This document shows, one piece after another, positions 12,001-20,843 of a DNA stretch of 60,107 bases (within the stretch, counting starts at the first letter, position 1; every line of letters begins with the position of its first letter). The notes beneath the pieces are model-generated. The model was given only the letters and a program-made list of their open reading frames with translations, was not told the DNA's origin and ran no database searches. The stretch is from IMG/VR virus record IMGVR_UViG_3300005613_000072, positions 1 through 60,107 of that record. One strand, given 5' to 3'. This DNA is from a virus. Its lineage: Duplodnaviria > Caudoviricetes. Both the position numbers and the translations under genes were made by a program.

Positions 12001-15000
12001 TAGTGCTTCTTCATCAGATAAAGTCTCTCCATTAGCTACACGTTCATCGAAAATATCTAAGTCTTTTTGTAGTAAAGCTATTGCTTCACTCTGTTTTACA
12101 GCAATTTCCGAAACACGATAAATTTCTTTTTCTGTTTCAGTAAATGCCCCGGCAAATAAGTAATCCATTTCTTTCTGTAGATTTTCAATTTCATAGAAAA
12201 TCTTGTTAAAAGACATCTGATCAATCTGACCCTGTAAATCTTGCAACGCCTGTTCCATTTCGGCAGTCCATTCAACAAGCGGATTTTCTTTAGCCAAATT
12301 TTTTAGGGTCAATAATTCTATCACTTCATTTTTTAACTCATCAATAACACCAGACGCATATTCTACATCATCAGAGTCAAAAAATATACCATCCGAAAAA
12401 TAAGCATGCTCAGAGGCTAACTGATACAAAGTTGTTTGCAAATTATTTAATGAAGCCGTAAGCATATTATCAACAACAGCTCCAGCATTACCAGCGACAG
12501 CTCGAAGCTCTAACAAATTATCTTCGAGTTTGATAATAGCTTCATCTATCATTGTTGCCGCAATACCTTCTGCGCCAGCTCGTTCAGAATATAAGGCGTC
12601 TAATTGTGCGTTTAATTCTCCGATATCAGTTGTTATAGTATCTATGTAGGAAGAATAATTTTCAAAATCACTAACAAGATCACCAGTTACCTTAAACGGG
12701 GTTATTTCTTGAGTTTTTACATCAGTTAAATCTTCTATATAATCTAAATATTCTTCGGTTTCCGTTATAATTCCGCGCAGCGTAAAGATTTCCTGGCGAA
12801 GTTTTTCTAACCACTCATCCTGAACTTGTACACCATCATACTTGGCTTCAATTAGTTCCCGATACGTTTGTTCTGCTAAGCTAAGCCTACTATTTTGATA
12901 GTCTAACTCACGATTAGTTTCATCCATCGCCGCCGAAAGAACCCCGCGGGTTTCTATTAGTTCGTATATAGAATCATTATACTCTTCCCAAATAGTTTTT
13001 ACAGCCTTTTGATTTTCCGCTTGTTCTAATTCTTCAGAAAGATTGACTACTTCATCACGAAGACGTGTAATGGCACCTTCATCTACAACTTTACCTTCCG
13101 CTTGAGCGTCTAAAAGTCCCTGTAAAGCTGCAGTAGCTGCCGATAGTCGCTCTGCCAAATATGCTGCGGCTTCCCCGGAATCCACAGATGTTCCGGCAAA
13201 TAATTCCTGTAATTTTGCAGCTGTTTCTATTTCTGTATGATAAGTTTTATAGATATTAAGTATATCCGCGCGTTCTTCTTCCTTTTCTTTTAACTGGTCA
13301 AGAACATCGATTTCACGATTAACTACCCCAAGTTTTTCGTATGCAGCAGCTAATTGCTCTTGAATTTCTGCCGTAATACTACCTTCTGTTTCAGCTTGCC
13401 GTTCAAGATCGGATATTGTGGAAGTGATAATACTACGCTGTCTTTCTAAAAATGTTTCCTTATCTTCCAAACCAATCTTAGAAAACTGTCTTTGTAACGC
13501 TAAAGAATCCTCTAAAGATAAACGTAATTCATCCTCTTTATCGCTTTTTTTGTCTAACAATCCTATTTGTTCATTAATAATATTCAGCATTTCATAAGCT
13601 AACGACAACTGTTTTTGCATAGACTCCGAGATTTCCCCATCTAAAAGCACTTCGCGTTCAGAGGAGCTTATAAAATCTTCAATAGCATCTTGTTGCCTTT
13701 CAAGAGTAGCAAGTCTGTCTTCCCCGCTAATCTCACCTAATTGCCCATAAATATCTAAGGTATGTTCAAGTCCAGCTATGTTAGTAATATAGGCATCCTG
13801 CGCTGCGGCTAAATTACTAAGTTGGTTGTTAGCTTCAGAAATCGCAGTGGCAATTTTTATATATACTTCAGACATTTCAATACCCTCAATGCCTGCAGCT
13901 TCTAACATTTCTAATAAATCTTTAAACAACTGTAGTTTAACTTCTAAGGGCTCGTTAGTAGCATTGATAGCATCAAAAGCGTCCAAAAATTCCTTGCGTA
14001 AGTTATCTTCAAGCAACTTCACTTCGGCAGAAAATCTCGCTGCACTATCTTTAGCAAGTGCCATTTCGTCTTTTAATTTACCGAGTTGCACTATCAACAT
14101 ATGCACTGTATTTGGATCAAAAGTTATAGAGGATATTAAAGTGTCGCTATCCCCAGTAATTCTTGGTCCGAACCCTTGCAACTTTATATCAAGTTCTTTT
14201 CCAAGCTCTTTGGCTGCAGTATTTATTTTGCTAAAAAATTGCTCTATTTCATTCAAAGCAGTGGGCACTTGACTTGGAGTTAAATTATCCCAAGAATTTT
14301 GTACATCAACCCCAAAAGATTTAGCTAATTCAGACAGCTCGCGTAAACCTTCTTTAGGCCCATTTAAAAATTCTCCTGTATCATCGTCAATAATTTTAAA
14401 CAACTTACCAATAATTTCAACAGCTTCTTCATACTTATCAATTTTAGCCTGAATAGCCGCTGCCGTATCTTCGGCTGAAGTTAGTTCTAACGCCGCTAAT
14501 GCTTGCTGTTCGTCCAAAGATTTTCTCTGGTAATCTTCAGAAATCTGTAAAATTTCCCTAAGTGCGCCTACATTACCGGCATATGCTTCAGATATTAATC
14601 CAATACCAACAACATAGCTTGGAATTTTAGATAAAACATTGTCTAAGGCACTCTTAAACTGGTCGGTTACTTCTACTACATCCCCGGCATTAACAATATA
14701 AGACTGCAAAGTAGCAGAAGAAGCGCGTAACTGTTCACTGCTCTGGACCTGCTGATCAATAAATTCCTTTGTAGCCTTGCTTAATCTTTCTTGAGCACCG
14801 CGCCACGCAATAAAAGAAGTTATAAGAACTCCTACAGCGGCACCAATTAGTGTTAAAACACCGGTTAAAGGCATGGATATATGTAACAAGCTTGCGAACC
14901 CCGCTACAAAAGTCTTCATCGTAGTTATTAATCCACCAATACTTTTCGCGACAAGCCCAAAACCAGTTAAAATAAGTGTCAATACAGTTACTACCAAACC

Positions 15001-16167
15001 AGACTGCGAAATAAACCCGGCAATAGCTGGATTTAATGCCTGAAATCCAGTACTAAGATCGGCAACAAATTCCGAAAAAAGTTTAATAGAAGGTATTAAT
15101 GATTCCCCTAATACTACCTTGAAATTATTAAGGTTATTAGAAAGAATTTGCATCTGCGCGCCAAAACCTTCTTCGCGTTTTGCTGCCATATCATAGGCAT
15201 CAGAAGAGTTTTTAATCGCAACAGAATGAGCTTGTAATTCAGTAGTATAGTTACTAAGTATAGAAACAGCCTTAACACCGCGCTGTCCAAAAACAGTGAG
15301 CAGCTTAGTATATTTATCAACTTCCGTAGTACCTTCTGTAAATGACGAAGAAATAATTTCGATTAAATCTGCAAGAGACTTAATATGCCCTGATGAATCA
15401 TAAACTTCTATACCCATATCAGTAGCCGCTTTGCCAATTCGCTCATACACATTCTTTAATGCTGTACCGGCTTCTTCGGCAGACAAACCAGCGGTTTTTA
15501 GAATACCAATACCAACACTCATGTCTTCTAAAGATACACCAAGAGTATTGGCAACACCGGTTACTTTAGCTAAACCACTTTCTAATTCGGGTAAAATAAT
15601 GCGGAATTTTTGCACGGTGTATGCAAAAGAGTTCATAATACTATCTGCTTTTTCCGCTTCCGACATAGACATACCAAGCGCCTTACCAAAAGTAAGCATA
15701 GCACTTGCCATAGCTCTTGTAGCTTCTTCCATCGAACCAAAAGTAGCCACAGATAGTGTGGCAGCTCTATTCATTGTCTCCATAATCTGTACTTGATTTA
15801 ACCCGGCAGAAGCCATATCATAAGTAGCTTTAGTGATATCATTAAGTGATGTTACATGATTATTTGACCAATCCATCGCGGCTTTAGATATTTCTTGAAA
15901 CCCACGAGCATTTGTATCTAATACGGTCGACAAGTCAGCCATAGCTTGATCTAACTCGCCAGCGGCTTGGGCTACATCTAACCAAACAGCAAGAGACGCA
16001 CGCGCCCCATATTGCGCCGTTACCATAAGAGCACGCATCTTCTGCTCAGCAGAATGCGCCAAGCTTTCCATAACGTTCAACTGGAAACCAACTTGGCGCA
16101 ATTCTTTTACAAACTGATTCACATTTGACTTAAATTCAATAAATACTCCGCCTAAATCAACAGCCAT
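6016..16167 (-). CDS. Tail tape measure protein (3383 aa)
   Basis: N-terminal TP901-like tape measure region (GLSAEEAGTALKN...GHIKSLADLIE...FGQRG), a long helical acidic body, and position after the tail chaperone. Confidence 0.95.
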   Translation of the reverse strand: MAVDLGGVFIEFKSNVNQFVKELRQVGFQLNVMESLAHSAEQKMRALMVTAQYGARASLAVWLDVAQAAGELDQAMADLSTVLDTNARGFQEISKAAMDWSNNHVTSLNDITKATYDMASAGLNQVQIMETMNRAATLSVATFGSMEEATRAMASAMLTFGKALGMSMSEAEKADSIMNSFAYTVQKFRIILPELESGLAKVTGVANTLGVSLEDMSVGIGILKTAGLSAEEAGTALKNVYERIGKAATDMGIEVYDSSGHIKSLADLIEIISSSFTEGTTEVDKYTKLLTVFGQRGVKAVSILSNYTTELQAHSVAIKNSSDAYDMAAKREEGFGAQMQILSNNLNNFKVVLGESLIPSIKLFSEFVADLSTGFQALNPAIAGFISQSGLVVTVLTLILTGFGLVAKSIGGLITTMKTFVAGFASLLHISMPLTGVLTLIGAAVGVLITSFIAWRGAQERLSKATKEFIDQQVQSSEQLRASSATLQSYIVNAGDVVEVTDQFKSALDNVLSKIPSYVVGIGLISEAYAGNVGALREILQISEDYQRKSLDEQQALAALELTSAEDTAAAIQAKIDKYEEAVEIIGKLFKIIDDDTGEFLNGPKEGLRELSELAKSFGVDVQNSWDNLTPSQVPTALNEIEQFFSKINTAAKELGKELDIKLQGFGPRITGDSDTLISSITFDPNTVHMLIVQLGKLKDEMALAKDSAARFSAEVKLLEDNLRKEFLDAFDAINATNEPLEVKLQLFKDLLEMLEAAGIEGIEMSEVYIKIATAISEANNQLSNLAAAQDAYITNIAGLEHTLDIYGQLGEISGEDRLATLERQQDAIEDFISSSEREVLLDGEISESMQKQLSLAYEMLNIINEQIGLLDKKSDKEDELRLSLEDSLALQRQFSKIGLEDKETFLERQRSIITSTISDLERQAETEGSITAEIQEQLAAAYEKLGVVNREIDVLDQLKEKEEERADILNIYKTYHTEIETAAKLQELFAGTSVDSGEAAAYLAERLSAATAALQGLLDAQAEGKVVDEGAITRLRDEVVNLSEELEQAENQKAVKTIWEEYNDSIYELIETRGVLSAAMDETNRELDYQNSRLSLAEQTYRELIEAKYDGVQVQDEWLEKLRQEIFTLRGIITETEEYLDYIEDLTDVKTQEITPFKVTGDLVSDFENYSSYIDTITTDIGELNAQLDALYSERAGAEGIAATMIDEAIIKLEDNLLELRAVAGNAGAVVDNMLTASLNNLQTTLYQLASEHAYFSDGIFFDSDDVEYASGVIDELKNEVIELLTLKNLAKENPLVEWTAEMEQALQDLQGQIDQMSFNKIFYEIENLQKEMDYLFAGAFTETEKEIYRVSEIAVKQSEAIALLQKDLDIFDERVANGETLSDEEALKYKELSDNIQNATTSLESMSLVIDALNTRSKYEDMVEATKNWVEALQDVNKEYDKIYEINSRVAAALGEDFSAADTEIDMVTQAIEDLITAQVELEQSGVLPTEGVRQYRTLADAIADTEKEHENLSREVRAEREEVEKLYSQYDQLNDAEKERMGVLTESVQEKTEAMAKADEKLIELNENFYALFQKDGALADLTEEQQRLLLSYVNANSTLLELQARLSQLKFSKGIEDFYLSIRDVNTEFEKTVSYGESLREIMYQAFGGASERVEALATKVEDLVEAQLLLAEVGAEQGFSADAQDMYEQYQEMNNQVSELTTKLQEMQATYDYLVNSEDFELAAETIGFTGTIEDLKADIGVVQRDLAGWTAELQNAYTYLQAVRAATIELRQVVLDLVNSQIAEIFEEAAEKIKVIETSFTYVGTQVEYFNSLLNTAKQTYQDLAGLQASFDRDALAIDIGNKEEELAGYVEKYEQLAQVKQDLIKEQGSEAFNSQEFTDAAKEAQLLGEQIDFARQELSLLKDTAVAMDLDSELKRAAGAMIQFSMAAADAAQNFSLQFAAIDFLYLGDKTAYLNDQLQSTNKMIGELKTTLLSFNWKELIISKEDQQALVDQISMKDSFVQAQKETAKNLSQEYNDFLSTTYERIVQDANKKYTDATDEFIKQTADAEFARVKFELDRDYQQQMSGITKSIKDQARAVDELNEDLEDAVYFDRLYKNLQESIESAYEEYLRLRQEFERSVISDQLVKISIQLDLPGESAYSAVSDVLGILKDRYVEVGFQIHQLTNGSKEAASQITGLHSELEELKELYAEFQQEQEANITVDGGTFTEPIEKVGTAIKLVEEELESWSVGLREAAVNDLGLFTQKYEQISNTLDALLLKREKFLADNAAAYNKIESDTGDITYDFSSEELAAEFNKLQTEIKETTAAASGFEAAMEGNLGLGRSTAAVANLNTELGNLQSMIEDLTIAEVMLESSEAIIQAAGTLEDFTIVSGSTEDKLKGLKETVANVSSVGQAMITALSSALDRFRKLLATADPNTQFFAKLQDAIRETEHQLLRLQKALDKVAKIEAQIADLEDQKKRVIEYVDWYIAEWKRVKEEVEGILESLHPAELLGAFEPPDGWKAAIDYYYDYLERAEEAIEKIKEQITDWNELLAESSEATFATYQAGDSDIIVGTEIYQQGISKLQQYIKTVQDMIQKAMQYIQMIMTEEVRKIFDRLQAEFDKIDFMSAIVGDDDLSAMKDKLSALESAIEELYDMKQYLLENDDPNIQWLDEYDDQLQNLVDAYGALQQAIENMEAEQAALKAYEDAIADWADSISDVLAGAFDNFTKNLVDLGESKAWEVLHTEIKENVKSAIVNGLIEAVLESALIKDKVMAIGKFIVDSLEDGMITSGELDMVALMTDGLMETVDLAGQMLSDVMKMLGMAVGSTSDGVNDILWTMEQISNPNFTPDFHFLYEESDEQIGEGLNEVSEAIYDFAKPEDKPKIDDIVQGGFDSVIAILQGTGEYSDLINTIKEEMSAEGSISDSTYQQINQVLTELVNQGNLSGAADLKKALEALTGELSNLDDFGAGSGVDFSDMSTEELLAYVQDLIDQGVGFHEDDKTVAEQSKEYLEQILESLSTEINVTDPDRDVMIAQLTEGIDVQLTILREQLTEAKEEVAKAAEEAKKYQEEALDTLKGAEEYYKESADYFSDIAQSTSKISQDTIAVKDTISTEFNTTNGKLDQIISLLRGSTQNNSQSSSGSTNQKEAESAARSIKIEEETSVNTGDIADGVRGIRGVLETIVRSDGRVEPESGGTDDAVGKTNEIPIYPYWKIKELLDSQDKAGGTDDAVGKTNEIPIYPYWKIFEDSATLLRGLGQQVTDDAVGKTNEIPIYPYWKIFEDSSTLRGLGQQVTEGLTSGDFESILRRAFSAGFNDVADKLKMAMSNIPGTTTAAPTSQQTSSNIDIVVEQGAIQINGTGINESTLSNKIMKELTDRMAWEKRMAGVRG
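6349..6601. repeat. Three identical 58-bp in-frame direct repeats inside the tape measure gene
   Basis: AATTTTCCAGTAAGGGTATATCGGTATCTCGTTTGTCTTACCAACGGCGTCGTCAGTT at 6349, 6451 and 6544; each encodes TDDAVGKTNEIPIYPYWKI. Confidence 0.95.
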
Positions 16168-16194
16168 AACTCATACCTCGGTTCATAATACCAC

Positions 16195-16542
16195 CTACCC
16201 CACGCTGAAACCCAACTTTTTCCAATCATCAAGCGATATGTTATCCCCATCAATAACACGACGTTTACTACCGTCTGGGTTAGTGGATACTTTAACGTGG
16301 GGATTTTTCCCTTTAGTATTTTCTTCGGGCTTTGTAGAATATGCTTCCGCTTCACGTTCTTTTCTTTCGGTCAAAGCCCCTATGTAGCTGTATATCTGTG
16401 GAAGTGTTAATAAGTAAATTTCTGACGGAGTCCAACCGTACTCGGTGCTAAATCTTTCAAAAACACCGCTCCACCGTAGTGGATCACCCGAAGATGTCGC
16501 TACTTCCGCGTGATAGACCCCATCATCTTTGTTACGTTTTTT
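16195..16542 (-). CDS. Tail assembly chaperone C-terminal extension (gpGT-like), reached by -1 frameshift
   Basis: The -1 frame is open from slippery A-AAA-AAC (16542-16536) to TAG at 16195 and encodes ...STEYGWTPSEIYLLTLPQIYSY..., typical of gpT-like segments. Confidence 0.85.
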   Translation of the reverse strand, partial: KKRNKDDGVYHAEVATSSGDPLRWSGVFERFSTEYGWTPSEIYLLTLPQIYSYIGALTERKEREAEAYSTKPEENTKGKNPHVKVSTNPDGSKRRVIDGDNISLDDWKKLGFSVG

Positions 16543-17000
16543 AGTATGAAAGAGACATCATTGATCTCAAAAAGAAGGTTAATTGCCCGTACGGACTGTT
16601 TAAGTGTAGCAGCATTAAGAATTTCTTCTCCGCGTTTTTCAAGCTGTTCTTTCGAAGGATTCTCGTCCGGTTCAAAAGTAGCCATAGCTACAATTTCCGT
16701 CAAATCTCCGAGGTTGTTTGTAATAAAACTATCAATTGCATCCGACAGCTTAAATTTACCTTCTTCTTTGAACAACTGACTACCAATCCTACCAATCATC
16801 TTACTTACCTTTGAAAGGTCTTTCAAAGCAAAAGGGTACATGAAGTATTCCTGCACAGAATTCTTAGTTTTCCCGAAAATAATTTTGTGTTCCTGTGGGA
16901 TTAGAAAATCGAGGTCTTCACCAGCAATCCCAAGAATGTCCTTGTCAACTTTAGGTTGCTCTTCCTTTACCGAGTGCTTTTTCGCGATTTTTTCTTCCAT
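16500..17000 (-). CDS. Tail assembly chaperone (gpG-like)
   Basis: Lies between tail tube and tape measure genes. Start reassigned to ATG 17000 (GGAGG RBS). Slippery heptamer near the 3' end. Confidence 0.85.
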   Translation of the reverse strand: MEEKIAKKHSVKEEQPKVDKDILGIAGEDLDFLIPQEHKIIFGKTKNSVQEYFMYPFALKDLSKVSKMIGRIGSQLFKEEGKFKLSDAIDSFITNNLGDLTEIVAMATFEPDENPSKEQLEKRGEEILNAATLKQSVRAINLLFEINDVSFILKNVTKMMGSITRK

Positions 17001-17034
17001 GATATATTTTACCTCCAAGTTTTTTGTGATTAGT

Positions 17035-17079
17035 AAAAATAGAAAAGATGGTAGGGGCACGCTAAATATGCCCCTACCA
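17035..17079 (-). terminator. Rho-independent terminator after the tail tube gene
   Basis: 11-bp stem TGGTAGGGGCA/TGCCCCTACCA followed on the minus strand by TCTTTTCTATTTTT. Confidence 0.8.
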
Positions 17080-17091
17080 CATAGAATTCAA

Positions 17092-17622
17092 TTACACAGA
17101 AGTAATAGAAATATAACCGAGCTGGGAACCAGCGTCTTTGTCGAAGTCGGCAATCGCATCAAAAGTTACATTCGAAGATGACCAGGCTCCGTCACTAAAG
17201 GTCAATTCAGCAGTTCCATTAACGGCTGCCTTGTGGAATACAACCCTAATAATCTTACTATCTGGTCGCGTGTGGGTAAACACAAGAGACGGAATTTCTG
17301 CCATACCGGACGCAGACCCACCGAAATTAAGTTGAGTACCATTAGCAATGGTAGAAACAGCAGAGTCGGGAAGTCCCATAACAACCTGCAAGTTTTCCGC
17401 ATCAAATTCACAGAATTCAGCAGTCAAAGAAGCGTTTTCGGAACTTTTCGCTTGCTTAACAAGCATGATAGGAATACCAGCTTCAAGCTTAAGCATATCT
17501 ACACTGTAATTAAAGGTTACATCCCCCAGAAGCAAACCAAGCGTCTGGGTAGCGCCGGTACCCCAAGTAATGATACCATTACCAAGAGTAATAGAATCAG
17601 TATTCTTGTAATAAATACCCAT
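17092..17622 (-). CDS. Major tail tube protein
   Basis: 176 aa with tube-like features (LGNG...LGLLLGDVTFNYS; FHKA...ELTF). Precedes a terminator and the chaperone gene. Confidence 0.85.
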   Translation of the reverse strand: MGIYYKNTDSITLGNGIITWGTGATQTLGLLLGDVTFNYSVDMLKLEAGIPIMLVKQAKSSENASLTAEFCEFDAENLQVVMGLPDSAVSTIANGTQLNFGGSASGMAEIPSLVFTHTRPDSKIIRVVFHKAAVNGTAELTFSDGAWSSSNVTFDAIADFDKDAGSQLGYISITSV

Positions 17623-17638
17623 TGTTATCCTCTCCTCA

Positions 17639-18055
17639 TTAAGTCTTTAGAGTAGCACGAAAACCCAGAAGTTGGTGTAATTGAAATTCTCTGCTTTCCG
17701 GGTAATACATCACGTCATAATCATTAGAAAACTCAAACCAAAACTTGTAGCTATCCGTTTCAAATATTTTTTGACCGTCGCCCAATAAAAAGTTTCTTAT
17801 ACTTCCGCTATCTAATTCTATATTTTCAGGTGAACCATAAAATAAAGAAATGCCAAGATTACCGTTAACAGAAAGATGCTGCGCATCACGCCAGTAGCTA
17901 AGTCTAAGTCTACATACCTTAAAGTCTAATCCTTCGTCTTGTATGGAATAGTTTGATGCCGAATCAGTGAAGTCTATCTCCGGAAAATTTGTTGCAAGCG
18001 TGGATATTAAATTAGCCTTAGCTTCGTATGAAAAAGTCGCAAAATTATCTATCAT
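17639..18055 (-). CDS. Putative tail terminator protein
   Basis: 138 aa between the HK97-gp10-like gene and the tail tube. Synteny. Confidence 0.55.
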   Translation of the reverse strand: MIDNFATFSYEAKANLISTLATNFPEIDFTDSASNYSIQDEGLDFKVCRLRLSYWRDAQHLSVNGNLGISLFYGSPENIELDSGSIRNFLLGDGQKIFETDSYKFWFEFSNDYDVMYYPESREFQLHQLLGFRATLKT

Positions 18056-18519
18056 TACCTTGTACCCCCACCAGGGAATGCATAATCGGGCACTTCATCA
18101 CCTATCGGATACCAACCACCGGTAGCGGTGATATATTCCTTTGCTGTGTTTTGAAAGATAATACGCATAGTATTGTTAGCCCGAGCTTCTTCAAGAGCTC
18201 TTGTCATAAAGAATCTTCCACGCCTAAAACGGGTGCCAAACTCAACAAATGCCGTATAATCATAGCCGCTTGAATTCTTTGTGTTTTCATCGCCGGCTGC
18301 AATTCTAAATGATATATTTCCAGTTCTTGTTTCACCAGTCTTAATAACTCTGATAGACTTTCGTAAGTTACCAGTTTTCCCCACAGGCGCTAATGTTTTT
18401 GCTCTGTCCACAACCCAGTTAGCTGTTCGGCGAATTGTCTCGATTGTTAATCGCGCAAATTTTTCGTCTAACTTATTCAACCCACGTGTATAAATCTGGA
18501 CTTCAACCATTAGTCTCAA
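18055..18519 (-). CDS. HK97 gp10-family neck/tail-completion protein
   Basis: Motifs APVGKTGNLRKSI and YTAFVEFGT...FFMTRA. Confidence 0.85.
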   Translation of the reverse strand: MRLMVEVQIYTRGLNKLDEKFARLTIETIRRTANWVVDRAKTLAPVGKTGNLRKSIRVIKTGETRTGNISFRIAAGDENTKNSSGYDYTAFVEFGTRFRRGRFFMTRALEEARANNTMRIIFQNTAKEYITATGGWYPIGDEVPDYAFPGGGTR

Positions 18520-18886
18520 CTTCTTTAATCGTATACATATATACCCCGTGCATTACTAAGCTTCGCTGTATCTCATACAGTACCCCGGAGTACTCAATAC
18601 GATCGCGTAAATTAAGTTCCGTGTCAGACCATAAAAAAGACTGTTGCGTATCTACTAACCCGCTATTACCAAACTGCATGGTAACATTCTTAAGCACCAC
18701 GATACCCTTGATTGTGTCGCCAAAAGTATAGGATATAACATCTCTGTTCATAGCATCTTTGGCTATAACCCGTCGATAATTAGTAATGTTTTCCCCAACC
18801 TCGTCGACAAGTGTTATATAATCTTGAGCGATTTCTTCCAAGTACGTAGGCGTTAAATTTGAAAGAACCAGCTCATTAAGATTCAT
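18503..18886 (-). CDS. Putative head-closure (stopper) protein
   Basis: 127 aa with LNLRDRIEYSGVLYEI, typical of head-closure proteins. Synteny. Confidence 0.6.
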   Translation of the reverse strand: MNLNELVLSNLTPTYLEEIAQDYITLVDEVGENITNYRRVIAKDAMNRDVISYTFGDTIKGIVVLKNVTMQFGNSGLVDTQQSFLWSDTELNLRDRIEYSGVLYEIQRSLVMHGVYMYTIKEVETNG

Positions 18887-19500
18887 AACTCAACCTCGCT
18901 GCTACTATACAGTTCACCAGAATATATCCTAATTTCTGCGTAACTAAAGGGTTCTGTATCGTGGTAAGTCTGGTAACGATTTGTAATTTCCTCTGCTTCT
19001 ATACCATCAACGTACACAACGTATTTTGTAAAGAAGTGCGATAAAGACGCGTCCCAGGAAATTCTAACATTACCGTTACGTAAGTACTCTGTGCGAATTA
19101 TTGGCGGAGAAAGAATAGGCGCGTTATCATCAATCAAGTCTCTGTCTACACGGGCAAATTCTAACGTTGATGTAAGATTTGCACGTTCGTCTTCGGCTTT
19201 CATTGCCCACTGCTCCGACAGCTCAATAAAATTCCGCGTAATTTTACTCTTGTCAATCTGTACGCCAATAGCAATTGGAATTTCATACTTATCCGCGTAC
19301 TCAGTTGCTAACAGCAAAAACAGCTGCGAAAGGGCTTCGTAGATTACAAACGTTCTGTCAATTGATTTCGGGGATTGATATGATACACCGTTAGATGCAC
19401 ACACATCAGAAACTACTTGTTCAACTTTTGTTTGATCTACTTCCGGTAAGTCAGCAAACTTACCAAGATATCGTCTAATGCTTGCGTACCAGTCCATCAT
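18883..19500 (-). CDS. Putative head-tail adaptor
   Basis: 205 aa downstream of the capsid gene, with a helical N-terminus and a beta-rich C-terminal extension. Confidence 0.55.
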   Translation of the reverse strand: MMDWYASIRRYLGKFADLPEVDQTKVEQVVSDVCASNGVSYQSPKSIDRTFVIYEALSQLFLLLATEYADKYEIPIAIGVQIDKSKITRNFIELSEQWAMKAEDERANLTSTLEFARVDRDLIDDNAPILSPPIIRTEYLRNGNVRISWDASLSHFFTKYVVYVDGIEAEEITNRYQTYHDTEPFSYAEIRIYSGELYSSSEVEL

Positions 19501-19516
19501 ATCCCCCTAAAACCGT

Positions 19517-19762
19517 CTACGCTTTAATTACTTTTCCGGCTCGTTTAAGAACATCGTATGCGTAGACTGGAATGGTGATCTTTTCGCCGATTTTTCCGTA
19601 AAACATTCTTTCACCAATCAAGTTGCGAAAAGTTTTAGTAACTTCTACTTCTATATCGGTTTCAATACGCTTTGGTTTCAATTCAGCCTTTGTAGCCGGC
19701 TTTGCAACCTCTTGATCAATAAATTCAGATATATCGCTTGATTCAGATTTAGCTCTTGCCAT
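19517..19762 (-). CDS. Small head-associated hypothetical protein (81 aa)
   Basis: Start reassigned to ATG 19762 (MARAKSES..., RBS AGGGGG). Follows the capsid terminator. Confidence 0.65.
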   Translation of the reverse strand: MARAKSESSDISEFIDQEVAKPATKAELKPKRIETDIEVEVTKTFRNLIGERMFYGKIGEKITIPVYAYDVLKRAGKVIKA

Positions 19763-19775
19763 AATAACCCCCTGT

Positions 19776-19808
19776 AAAAGAAAGGAAGGAAGCCCCCTTG
19801 CGGGGGCT
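19776..19808 (-). terminator. Rho-independent terminator after the capsid gene
   Basis: AGCCCCC-GCAA-GGGGGCT hairpin followed by a pyrimidine/T tract on the minus strand. Confidence 0.8.
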
Positions 19809-19812
19809 AACC

Positions 19813-20829
19813 TTAACTCGCGGTTTCGTTGGCACCGGTAATGATCTTCATCGTAGACTCTTCGTTGACGATTCCAGAACCCCAGATGGAGTACCATGCA
19901 ACTTTGAGAATACGTCCGAAATCTTCAATGCCATTTTCGCGGAAAGAAAGTGGTTGCCTTTCAGCATAGCCAACTCCATTGTACCCGGCAAAGATAGCAG
20001 TCAAAAGGTCCGCAGAGCTTGCGCCGGCAGCATCAAGATCAGAGTCATAGCTCCATGCATCGTTAGCATCAATACCCTGCTTGACAAGCGTAGTCTGGAC
20101 AAGCTTAATATTGTCTACTTGGGCAACTTCCCCACGCCACACCGGTCGTCCCGCGGGATAGTCCTTGACGTAAGTAAGTCGATTAAAGCGTTCCATACCA
20201 GAATCAATCTGGCGCTTAAGCTGGGTGAAGTGGCGAGGGTGAATAAACAGAACAAAATATCGTTCGCCATTAGGCGCTACAAATGGTCGAGATTTCAGGG
20301 TAGCGGCTTTTTCAATCAGCGAGTCAAGCATCTGGTAAGTCAACACGTCAGTAGAAGCAACGGAAGCAGCGGTAGTGTTTCCACCGGCATACACGACGTT
20401 GGTAGTTTCGTAGAACGAGTCACGAACTTCGCTGTCAAGCACAAGCCCGGCATCCTCACCAAGCGCCATAGCAGCTTCAAACAAAACATCAACCTTACCG
20501 GCTTGTACCAACAAGTTGGATACGGCAACAGCGTTACCACGTTCACCAACGGAAATCTCAACCGTGGAAGTTTCCAAGTTGTTGGTTGGAATAGGCACAT
20601 TCTCAGTCAGTGTTCCACCTTTGTCCAATGCGCCAAATTTAATAAATTCAATCTTCAGTCCATGCTCAGTCCTAAGGTCTTGCTTATACGTAGCGGCTTG
20701 CAGAAACACAGTTTCCGGCAAAGCCGTACGGAGAATCTCTTTCGAGAGAACTTCTTTAATAACATCCGAAAGTTGTACATAACCCCCAGAAGTATCGCTG
20801 TAAACGGCAGTGTTCATATTAGAAGCCAT
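19813..20829 (-). CDS. Major capsid protein (N4-gp56-like family)
   Basis: 338 aa with motifs SKEIL...F.Q.A, G..LTENVPI, V.ERGNAVAVS, FIHP and EDFGR...AWYSIWG. Follows the scaffold gene. Confidence 0.9.
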   Translation of the reverse strand: MASNMNTAVYSDTSGGYVQLSDVIKEVLSKEILRTALPETVFLQAATYKQDLRTEHGLKIEFIKFGALDKGGTLTENVPIPTNNLETSTVEISVGERGNAVAVSNLLVQAGKVDVLFEAAMALGEDAGLVLDSEVRDSFYETTNVVYAGGNTTAASVASTDVLTYQMLDSLIEKAATLKSRPFVAPNGERYFVLFIHPRHFTQLKRQIDSGMERFNRLTYVKDYPAGRPVWRGEVAQVDNIKLVQTTLVKQGIDANDAWSYDSDLDAAGASSADLLTAIFAGYNGVGYAERQPLSFRENGIEDFGRILKVAWYSIWGSGIVNEESTMKIITGANETAS

Positions 20830-20843
20830 TTTTTCTCACCTTC

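Noticed and set aside
16152-16355. 67-aa ORF between chaperone and tape measure genes
   Set aside because: Wrong frame; the region is better explained by the -1 frameshift extension ending at 16195.
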